The position numbers and the translations under genes are program-made. This document shows, one piece after another, positions 28,689 through 36,442 of a stretch of DNA of 62,974 bases. Where the stretch lies: NCBI GenBank assembly GCA_045628895.1, contig JAZQQD010000135.1, forward strand, positions 1 through 62,974, given 5' to 3'. Source of the DNA: Faecousia sp. GTDB lineage: Bacteria > Bacillota > Clostridia > Oscillospirales > Oscillospiraceae. Each line of letters begins with the position of its first letter. Position 1 is the stretch's first letter. The notes below the pieces were generated by a model that saw only the letters and a program-made list of their open reading frames with translations, searched no databases and was not told where the DNA came from.

Positions 28689-30380
28689 TTAGCCGTTTAC
28701 GTAACGGTCATAGGCATCCTGGTAAACCTTCTGAATGCCCTCAACGTTGACCTTACCGGCCAGATCCTTCTGGAAAGCATCCCAGTCAGCGTCGGAAACG
28801 CCGCCCTTCAGCAGCCAGTTGATGAGGTTGGTACGGACATAGTCATTGAAGTTGGTCTCATAGTTTGCCAGAGTGTTCAGCTCTTCCAGAGTGAACTGGA
28901 GGTTGGGGCAGGGAGTGACGTTGGAGGAAACATAGGGACGGACAAAGCTATCCAGACGCTCCAGACGCAGCTGTGCACGAGCTTCCATGTTCACAACGTT
29001 CTTCCATGCGTAGTCAGACAGGTAGATGATGCCGAGAGGAGCGTTCTGCAGACGCAGCTCATCGGAGGTAACGCCTTCGGGCAGGGGCTTCTGAACCAGC
29101 ATGCCGTTGGCATCCAGCTCTTCCTCATACACGACACCGATGGGGCCGTAGTTGATCTGAGCGGAAACCATGGGATCATAGAAACGGTCGAGGTATGCAA
29201 GCAGAACCTGGAAGTTCTGGCAGGAAGCAAACACAACGACTTCGCCGGTGCTGACCTCGGGGTTGTTGGAAACGCAAACGGTCTGATCGCCGTTGGGTCC
29301 GATAATGGGAGCGCAGGTGATGTAGTTCTCAGGGTTAGAAACGACGGTCTCGGATTCCCACCAGTAGAATGCGCCGTAGGTCTCCAGGCCCTTACCGTTT
29401 GCAAGGAACATATCCTGGCTCTGCTCGAAGGAAACCTTATCGATGAGGCCTTCTGCTACCCAGCCGGCAATGAAGTTGGTTGCATCCTTGAAGCGATTGT
29501 CAGCGACGGTATAGGTGATCTTGCCATCTACAACAACTCTGTGCTCCAGGTTGTCGTTGATGCCGAACATACCGTACAGATCGCACTGGTTGCCCTGCCA
29601 GTTGTTGTAAACAAAGCTCAGGGGACGCTCGTCATCGGTCTTGCCGTTGCCGTTCATGTCGTTGTCCTTGAAGTACTTCAGCAGGTCAGCCATCTGAGCA
29701 GAGGTCAGAGCCAGGCCGTCGGCCAGGTCAGCTTCTGCCAGACCGGAAACAGCGCCGGCCTTGATAGCCTCAGCAGTCCAGGTCTTGTTCAGGAACAGGA
29801 TGTTGGGGTGAGCCAGCAGACCCATTTCCTCAACACGGGGCAGGGAGTAGATCTTGCCATCCTCGGGGTTGATGAGCTGTGCCTTGATGTCGGGACGCTC
29901 TTCCAGGATCTTGGAGAAGTTGGGCATGTACTCCAGGTAATCGCTGATAGGAACCAGCACATTACGCTTAGCGTACTTGATGATCTCGCCAGCGGACATA
30001 CCGGCATGATAGATTGCATCAGGACGGTTGTCAGCGTTGCCGAAGATCAGGTTCTTCTGCTGAGAGTAAACGGACTCGGAAACGTTTTCCCAGTTCACAG
30101 TGACGTTGGTATCAGCAGCCAGATCCTGCATGATCTTCATGTCATTGTAGTCCTTAGCGGAAGCGTTCTTGGAGGAGTAGATGCGGAAGGACAGCTCGTC
30201 AGCACCCTTCTCGTTGAGGATGGGAGCCTTGGGGTCTGCCCACTGGAAGCCGTAATCGGAAACCAGGGAATCGGCAGAAGCTGCGGGAGCGTTGCTGCTG
30301 CCCTTGCTGCCGGAGCTGCCGCAGGCAGCCATGGAAAGAACCATGGCGACGAGGAGCAGCATAGCAATGATTTTCTTCAT
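28689..30380 (-). CDS. Carbohydrate ABC transporter substrate-binding lipoprotein
   Basis: Lipobox MAAC; DYLEYMPNF, DG-IYSLP, D-NGNGK-DE motifs. Confidence 0.9.
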   Translation of the reverse strand: MKKIIAMLLLVAMVLSMAACGSSGSKGSSNAPAASADSLVSDYGFQWADPKAPILNEKGADELSFRIYSSKNASAKDYNDMKIMQDLAADTNVTVNWENVSESVYSQQKNLIFGNADNRPDAIYHAGMSAGEIIKYAKRNVLVPISDYLEYMPNFSKILEERPDIKAQLINPEDGKIYSLPRVEEMGLLAHPNILFLNKTWTAEAIKAGAVSGLAEADLADGLALTSAQMADLLKYFKDNDMNGNGKTDDERPLSFVYNNWQGNQCDLYGMFGINDNLEHRVVVDGKITYTVADNRFKDATNFIAGWVAEGLIDKVSFEQSQDMFLANGKGLETYGAFYWWESETVVSNPENYITCAPIIGPNGDQTVCVSNNPEVSTGEVVVFASCQNFQVLLAYLDRFYDPMVSAQINYGPIGVVYEEELDANGMLVQKPLPEGVTSDELRLQNAPLGIIYLSDYAWKNVVNMEARAQLRLERLDSFVRPYVSSNVTPCPNLQFTLEELNTLANYETNFNDYVRTNLINWLLKGGVSDADWDAFQKDLAGKVNVEGIQKVYQDAYDRYVNG

Positions 30381-30405
30381 TTGGGTTGTCTCCTTACTTA
30401 AAATA

Positions 30406-31287
30406 TTAGCCCTTCAGAGAGCCGATCATAACACCCTGTGCGAAGTACTTCTGAACGAAGGGGTACAGGCACAGCACGGGGATGCTGGAAACGATAACGG
30501 AAACGTACTTGAGCTGGTTGGCCAGACGGAACTGCTCCAGAATGGTTTCGCCGCTGCCGCCCACGGTGCTCTCGGAAGCGATCAGGATCTCCTTCAGGAT
30601 CAGCTGCAGAGGATACAGGGACTCATCCTGCAGGAAGATCATGGCGTTGAAGTAGCTGTTCCACTGACCAACGGCGTAGTACAGAGCCATAACGGCGATA
30701 ACAGCCTTGGACAGAGGAATGACCACAGCGAAGAAGGTGGTGAAGGAGCCTGCACCGTCAATGGTAGCAGCCTCGATGAGGCCATCGGGAATGCTGGACT
30801 CAAAGAAGGTCTTGCACATGAACAGGTTCCACACGGAAAGGATGGAGGGCAGCACGATGGCCCAAATGGTGTTGATGAGCTTCAGGCTGCTCATAACATT
30901 ATAGAAGGGAATCAGGCCGCCGCCGAAGAACATGGGGATGATGAAGTACATCATCCAGCCCTTCTTGCCGGGCAGGGTCTTGCGGCTCAGTGCCCAGCCG
31001 CCGGGGATGGTAACTACCAGAGACAGCACCACAGTCAGCAGAGTGTAGATGATGGTGTTCAGGTAGCCTCTCCAGATTTCGGTGTGCTCGATGATCTTCT
31101 GGAAGCCTACCAGAGTGATCTGTACGGGGTACAGGACAACCTGACCGGCCAGAACCGCCTCAGGTGCGGAGATAGATGCGATGATGATAAAGTAAAGGGG
31201 ATACAGGACGATAAGTGCCATCAGACCAAGGAAAAGACCGTTGATGAAGTTAAAAATCTTATCGCCTTTTGTTTCTTTCATTGGCAT
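30406..31287 (-). CDS. Carbohydrate ABC transporter permease
   Basis: EAATIDGA motif; YPFVQKYF-QGVMIGSLKG C-terminus. Confidence 0.93.
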   Translation of the reverse strand: MPMKETKGDKIFNFINGLFLGLMALIVLYPLYFIIIASISAPEAVLAGQVVLYPVQITLVGFQKIIEHTEIWRGYLNTIIYTLLTVVLSLVVTIPGGWALSRKTLPGKKGWMMYFIIPMFFGGGLIPFYNVMSSLKLINTIWAIVLPSILSVWNLFMCKTFFESSIPDGLIEAATIDGAGSFTTFFAVVIPLSKAVIAVMALYYAVGQWNSYFNAMIFLQDESLYPLQLILKEILIASESTVGGSGETILEQFRLANQLKYVSVIVSSIPVLCLYPFVQKYFAQGVMIGSLKG

Positions 31288-31302
31288 AATTCCGTTTCCT
31301 CC

Positions 31303-32247
31303 TTACCACAAAGAATTTTCAGAGAACTTCTTGGAAGAAGTATTGGCAATGATCAGCAGAACAACGTTGATGACGGAGTTGAACAGACCGATTGCAGTTG
31401 CGTATGCCTGATCGGGTACGCCGGTAAGACCACGCTTGTACACGTAAGTAGCAATCAGCTCGGAAACTGCCAGGTTGCCGTCGGTCTGCATCAGCAGAGC
31501 CTTCTCATAGCCGACACCCATCAGACCGCCGATGGACATGATCAGCATGACGGAGATCATGGGCATGATTGCGGGGATATCAACGTGGACAACACGCTGG
31601 AAGCGGGTTGCGCCGTCCAGAATAGCAGCCTCATGCTGGCCGGGGTCAACATTGGAGAGAGCTGCGATGTAGATGATGGCACTCCATCCGAAGTCCTGCC
31701 AGTTGGAGGACAGAATGTACAGGGGACGGAATGCAGAGTTCTCCAAGAAGTAGGAGAAACGCTCAGCGCCGAGGTTTGCTGCGATATTGTTCACCAGACC
31801 GTAACGGCCGAAGAACAGCTGCAGCATACCGACCAACACAACGAGGGAGATAAAGTGAGGTGCGGTAAAGATGGTCTGCAGGACCTTGCTGGTGCGCTTA
31901 CCCTTCAGAGCATTGATAGAAAGGGAGATGATGATGGGCAGCGGGAAGCCGATAACGAAACCGATGATGCAGAGCAGGAAGGTGTTCTTCATCAGGGACC
32001 AGAACTGGGGATCCGTGAAGAACCGTCTGAAGTTCTCGAAGCCCACCCAGATGGTGGTGTCGGAGAGGATCTTATCACCAGGCATAAAGTCCTGGAATGC
32101 AATCAGCACACCGTAAATAGGCAGATAGTTGAACAGAAAAACTACCAGCACTGCGGGAAATACCATCAGCAGATACGGGGAGTTTTCCACGAATGCCTTC
32201 CACTTGCGGTTCTGGCCGATTGCTGTGGAATCATTTGCTTTTTTCAT
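31303..32247 (-). CDS. Carbohydrate ABC transporter permease (LplB-like)
   Basis: WVGFENF, PHFIS, EAAILDGA motifs; start MKKAN after GGAGG. Confidence 0.93.
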   Translation of the reverse strand: MKKANDSTAIGQNRKWKAFVENSPYLLMVFPAVLVVFLFNYLPIYGVLIAFQDFMPGDKILSDTTIWVGFENFRRFFTDPQFWSLMKNTFLLCIIGFVIGFPLPIIISLSINALKGKRTSKVLQTIFTAPHFISLVVLVGMLQLFFGRYGLVNNIAANLGAERFSYFLENSAFRPLYILSSNWQDFGWSAIIYIAALSNVDPGQHEAAILDGATRFQRVVHVDIPAIMPMISVMLIMSIGGLMGVGYEKALLMQTDGNLAVSELIATYVYKRGLTGVPDQAYATAIGLFNSVINVVLLIIANTSSKKFSENSLW

Positions 32248-32656
32248 ATTTCCTCCTTGCCGATATATCCATGTCAGATGCATCACAGGCAGGAATGGAA
32301 TCTGAACCGATATATCCTATTTTGTTGCTTTACGGAAATTTACAATATCCTCCTTTTGTAAACCGAATGCCTGTTTCCGAAGTCAGGTATTTCCATTCAT
32401 GTTGACAGAATGTAAACCCATTCTCATGTATTATATTTTATGCATTACATATTGTCAATCTTTTCGCTTTCATCAATTTGCATTTTGTAAATTTATATAA
32501 GTTTACATGTCGTTTCTTGTGCAAATTTCCTGTTGCACCCTGTCGAGTCTACTTTCTTTCAACTGTATTTCATTTACATTTTGCGCCTTGCAATTTACAT
32601 TTTATCATGATATACTAACTTTATTGAAGAAATCTCGGGAAAACAGGAGGTTGCCC

Positions 32657-33694
32657 ATGGCAAAGATTAAGAAAGTTACCATGCAGGATATTGCAGATGC
32701 CTGCGGTCTTTCCCGGAATACCGTTTCCAAGATCTTCAACAGCCGAGGGGCTGTCCCGAATTCCACCCGAGATTTCGTGCTGGCCAAAGCCCAGGAGCTT
32801 GGTTATCATCAAATTGCCGATAGCGAAACGCCCTCCCCCCAGAGCGTGCAGAACCAGAACATTGCGCTGCTGACCCACAGCACGCCTTCTCTGCATAACT
32901 TCGGCTCCTTATTTATCACCAATTTCACCGATCAGATCTGCCGCTCCGGGTATAATCTGAAGATCTTTGAGATCAGCGCAGAGGATTATCAGAATAAAAC
33001 GCTCCCTTCCCATTTTGTACTGAGTGAGATTTCCGGTATTATCATGATCGAGCTCTTTGACCGGGATTACACCAGAATGGTATGTGGCTTGGGTCTCCCC
33101 GTTCTGCTTGTGGATAGTTTTCCCCATGCTCCTCAGGAGCTTATGGAATGCGACCTCGTGTATATGGAAAATTACGCCAGCACCATTGCCCTCACCTCCC
33201 GGATGATCGAAAACGGCGCAAAAACGCTCGGTTTCGTTGGCGATCGTTTCCACTGCAACAGCTTTTCCGAGCGTTGGAACGGCTTCCGGGCCGCCCTGGA
33301 GAAGCACAGTATTCCCATGGACACGTCCCTTTGTATTATAGCAGACGATTCCGAGCCCTATGGCGAGGTAGATTGGATGCTCAGCAAGCTGGACTCCCTG
33401 CCAAAAATTCCCGATGCCTTTGTTTGCGTCAATGATTTTATTGCCATTCGCATTATGCGTGCTCTCCGGCGGCGGGGCTATTCCGTCCCCAAGGATGTGA
33501 TGGTCACCGGCTTTGACGGCACTACCGAGGCAGAGGTCGTAGATCCTCCCCTGACCACCGCAAAGATTCCCAGTGCGGACATTGGCAGAACCGCCGCGGA
33601 TATGCTGCTCTGCCGCATTGCAAATCCCGATCTTCCCTATCACTGTACCTTCCTGAAAACCACCCCCGTGTGGCGAGAGAGTACCCGAAACTAA
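32657..33694 (+). CDS. LacI-family transcriptional regulator
   Basis: VTMQDIADACGLSRNTVSK HTH; VP-DV-VTGFD, PPLTT; divergent from the fructan operon. Confidence 0.93.
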   Translation: MAKIKKVTMQDIADACGLSRNTVSKIFNSRGAVPNSTRDFVLAKAQELGYHQIADSETPSPQSVQNQNIALLTHSTPSLHNFGSLFITNFTDQICRSGYNLKIFEISAEDYQNKTLPSHFVLSEISGIIMIELFDRDYTRMVCGLGLPVLLVDSFPHAPQELMECDLVYMENYASTIALTSRMIENGAKTLGFVGDRFHCNSFSERWNGFRAALEKHSIPMDTSLCIIADDSEPYGEVDWMLSKLDSLPKIPDAFVCVNDFIAIRIMRALRRRGYSVPKDVMVTGFDGTTEAEVVDPPLTTAKIPSADIGRTAADMLLCRIANPDLPYHCTFLKTTPVWRESTRN

Positions 33695-33757
33695 AGAAAA
33701 AATCCTTCTGTGAGATTCACCCGCAGAAGGATTTTCTTTAAGCAATTTCTAAAAACA

Positions 33758-33855
33758 GGCAGCCCCACCGAAACCGGCAGGGCTGCCCTTCTTTTCACTT
33801 TATAAACGCTGCCCCAAATTGATGTACGCCGTACCTGACTCGTTCCACGGGTGAC
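33758..33855 (-). repeat. Repeat copy D: hairpin plus abrB 3' end
   Basis: GGCAGCCC...GGGCTGCC hairpin then TTCTTTTCACTTTATAAACGCTGCCCCAAATTGATGTACGCC; minus strand SPVERVRYGVHQFGAAFIK*. Confidence 0.85.
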
Positions 33856-33870
33856 TTCTCCTTCACTGTT

Positions 33871-34422
33871 TTATTCAGTGCGGATACAGGAGGCAAACTC
33901 CTCCGGGGTATTGCAGTTTGTCAGCAAATCTGCCTTTTCTGTAAACGGAATCGTGCGATAACCAACCGAATCCAAAAGGCGGCGAACGGCTGTACTGCCG
34001 CTTTGCAGCATAGGCAGGATGGTTTCGGCTAAGCCGCTGTCATAGATCCCGATCAGCGGTTCTATTTTTCCATTACATTCCAGCAACGTGATGCCGCCTT
34101 TATGTGCTTGTATCAGGGCAATCAGCGTTTCTTCCGGAATCAGCGGTACATCCACGGGAAGCACCAGGCAGCACCTGTTTGATGCTCTGCGCAGGCAGCT
34201 GTATAAGCCTCCTAAAGGGCCCTTCTCCGGGATGTCATCCGGGATCATGCCCGGACCGTAGCCGGAGATCAGAATTTCCGAGATGCCGACACTGCGCATT
34301 TTCTGAACCTGCCAGCCCGCAAGGGGCATGCCCCGGAAAAGAAGCTCTGCCTTGTTGCTGCCCATGCGGGAGCTTTTGCCTCCGGCAAGAAGAATGCCGG
34401 AAACGCAGGCCTTACTGCACAT
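33871..34422 (-). CDS. mobA: Molybdenum cofactor guanylyltransferase
   Basis: GILLAGGKSSRMGSNKA, GPLGG, VDVP, EPL-GIY, NCNTPEE motifs. Confidence 0.88.
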   Translation of the reverse strand: MCSKACVSGILLAGGKSSRMGSNKAELLFRGMPLAGWQVQKMRSVGISEILISGYGPGMIPDDIPEKGPLGGLYSCLRRASNRCCLVLPVDVPLIPEETLIALIQAHKGGITLLECNGKIEPLIGIYDSGLAETILPMLQSGSTAVRRLLDSVGYRTIPFTEKADLLTNCNTPEEFASCIRTE

Positions 34423-34855
34423 CAATGGACACCACCTTGCGCACATTGCGCTTGGAGTTGCTGTCACCGAAGACCACCAGCGTCACGCTGCCGTCCTCCT
34501 CCGCTATCAGAAATGCCTTGTTTTCCTCCAGCTCCTCTGCAGCGACTTCCGCAGAAAAAGCATCGTCTGCCGTCACGGTTACGCTCTTTTCCGGCAGTGC
34601 CTTGGCGTTTTTCAGCACGGTTTTTAAGGGAACGCCCATGGCATTCACTTGCTTCTCCTCACCCTTTCCGTTGATAAGGGTTCCATTCACCTGCTGAAGC
34701 TCTTTTTTATCGAGGGACACATACGCCGTCTTTTCTCCCTTGCGGATTGCCAGCGCGCCCTCAGGAATATGCTCACGGGTCATTAGGTACACTGCTGCCA
34801 GCAAAGCAACTGCAGCAAAGAGGATTCCAATGATCCATTTTGTTTTCTTGTTCAT
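34412..34855 (-). CDS. Membrane-anchored hypothetical protein with a molybdopterin-binding-like domain
   Basis: N-terminal TM helix; GVPLK-VL, VTA-D-FSAEV, LVVFGD-NSKRNVR-V motifs; Moco context. Confidence 0.55.
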   Translation of the reverse strand: MNKKTKWIIGILFAAVALLAAVYLMTREHIPEGALAIRKGEKTAYVSLDKKELQQVNGTLINGKGEEKQVNAMGVPLKTVLKNAKALPEKSVTVTADDAFSAEVAAEELEENKAFLIAEEDGSVTLVVFGDSNSKRNVRKVVSIDVQ

Positions 34856-34857
34856 AT

Positions 34858-35397
34858 TTATTTCCTCCCAGTTTGAATCACCGGCAGCAACCGGACAGTA
34901 ATGGCTTCCGCCAATATGCCGCAAAGTGCCCCGGAAAACAGGGCCACAGCGGCATACAGCATAAGTACAATTCCCCACAGCCGAAATACGATCAGATTTG
35001 CCGTAAGGGCAGCTGTCAGGGCACCCAGCATATTTGCGAGCAGGAGCAGGAAGGACCGATCCGTACGCATCCTTCTTCCAAAGAAGAGCACCAGATCAAT
35101 CGTCAAACCAGGGAGAATATAGCCGATAGGAGCAAGGGCACCCATACTGCCCACCATGCCGAAGCCCAGGGCAAGGGCACTTTGCACCGCTCCCATCACG
35201 GAAGCAACACCGGTCACGGGTACCATTGCTGCCGCCACCACCAGAAACATCAGCGAAAAACTAGTGCCGATACCTCCGGGGATATGCAGCGCATCCGTGA
35301 GGATGTTTGCCAATGGGGCCACCAGTCGTTTGCCGAACAGCCCCAAATCACAGCAGATGGCCATAAAGACCAGCTGCCGCAGCGTAAACTTTTTCAT
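34858..35397 (-). CDS. ECF transporter S-component
   Basis: About 180 aa, 5-6 TM, N-terminal FTLRQLVFMA typical of S-components. Confidence 0.7.
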   Translation of the reverse strand: MKKFTLRQLVFMAICCDLGLFGKRLVAPLANILTDALHIPGGIGTSFSLMFLVVAAAMVPVTGVASVMGAVQSALALGFGMVGSMGALAPIGYILPGLTIDLVLFFGRRMRTDRSFLLLLANMLGALTAALTANLIVFRLWGIVLMLYAAVALFSGALCGILAEAITVRLLPVIQTGRK

Positions 35398-35401
35398 AAT
35401 G

Positions 35402-35492
35402 ACTCCTTTGCAAAATGGCTGGCGCAGCACTTTCGCGCTGCACCCCGTCCTGCGGGTCATGGCATCACGCTTTAGACCCGCAGGCTCGGAGT
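35402..35492 (-). ncRNA. Moco RNA motif (molybdenum/tungsten cofactor riboswitch), apparently lacking P3
   Basis: Minus strand ACUCCGAGC-cugcggg-UCUAAA...CAUGA-cccgcag-GAC, GGUGCAGCGC-GAAA-GUGCUGCGCC, ...GCAAAGGAGU; ACUCC can pair with the RBS GGAGU; lies upstream of mobA. Confidence 0.8.
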
Positions 35493-35506
35493 ATTTTGTG
35501 TAATAA

Positions 35507-35884
35507 TTAGTCTTCTGCGACGGCCACGCACTCGATCTCTACCAGCGCTGCCTTGGGCAGAGCTGCCACCTGGAAAGCGGCACGGGCAGGATAGGGAGCG
35601 GTGAAGAACTCGGCGTAAACACCGTTCATAGCGGCGAAATTCGCAATATCGGACAGCAGCACGGTGGTCTTGACCACATTTGCCATGCTCAGGCCCTCTG
35701 CCTCCAGGATTGCCTTCATGTTATTCAGGCTCTGGCGGGTCTGCTCTTCGATGCCTTCGGGAAATGCGCCGGTGGCAGGATCAGCAGGCAGCTGACCGGA
35801 AACATAAACGGTATTTCCTGCGCGAATAGCGGCGGAATAGGGGCCGATGGCGGCGGGTGCATTGGATGCAACAATAGCCTTCAT
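35507..35884 (-). CDS. ridA: RidA-family enamine/imine deaminase
   Basis: [43 protein letters not shown] motifs. Confidence 0.93.
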   Translation of the reverse strand: MKAIVASNAPAAIGPYSAAIRAGNTVYVSGQLPADPATGAFPEGIEEQTRQSLNNMKAILEAEGLSMANVVKTTVLLSDIANFAAMNGVYAEFFTAPYPARAAFQVAALPKAALVEIECVAVAED

Positions 35885-35921
35885 TTTAGAAATCTCCTTC
35901 AAAAAACGTATTTTCGGATTA

Positions 35922-36440
35922 TTAAACCTGATTTTCCAGGGTTTTCAGGCTCTTCAGACGAAGAGAATTTTCCGGTGCAATGGAGCTGGGCTCATCCAGA
36001 TTCACAAGCTGCAGCGCGCCGGTGGGGCAAACCCGCACACAGGCAGGCAGCATCCCGTTGTGAATGCGGATAAAGCAGCCGGTACACTTGACCATCTTGC
36101 CTTCTTCATTGAAGTTCGGCACGCCGAAGGGGCAGGCCATGGCACAGGAATGGCAGCCGATGCAATCGGTATTGTCATAGACTGTCAGATTGGTCTCCGG
36201 GTCCTTCTCAATGCAGGCCACAGGGCAGCCGGTGATGCAGGGTGCATCCGGGCAATGCATGCAGGCAAGGGAAAGATGGCTGTACTCCACGGCGTCACCT
36301 TCCCGGTGCTCCACATCGAACACATTACGGAAGGGTCTCTGATCGGCATCGGGAACGAAGTCATTCTGATCCATGCAGGCTACGGCGCAGGCACCGCAGG
36401 AGATGCACTTGGACATATCCAGATCAATGGCGTATCTCAT
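35922..36440 (-). CDS. 4Fe-4S electron-transfer subunit (DmsB-like)
   Basis: Four Cys groups: [39 protein letters not shown]...[12 protein letters not shown]. Confidence 0.92.
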   Translation of the reverse strand: MRYAIDLDMSKCISCGACAVACMDQNDFVPDADQRPFRNVFDVEHREGDAVEYSHLSLACMHCPDAPCITGCPVACIEKDPETNLTVYDNTDCIGCHSCAMACPFGVPNFNEEGKMVKCTGCFIRIHNGMLPACVRVCPTGALQLVNLDEPSSIAPENSLRLKSLKTLENQV

Positions 36441-36442
36441 AA

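Noticed and set aside
22716-32361. Long plus-strand ORFs (492, 533, 632, 689 aa)
   Set aside because: Antisense shadows of the fructan locus genes.
32356-32507. TGTAAA(C) boxes as LacI or cre operators
   Set aside because: Suggestive half-sites, but symmetry is too weak in an AT-rich region to call.
2689-33855. The four repeats as a CRISPR array or classical integron attC sites
   Set aside because: Spacing is 6-13 kb, there are no cas or intI genes, and I did not recognise the attC core-site architecture.
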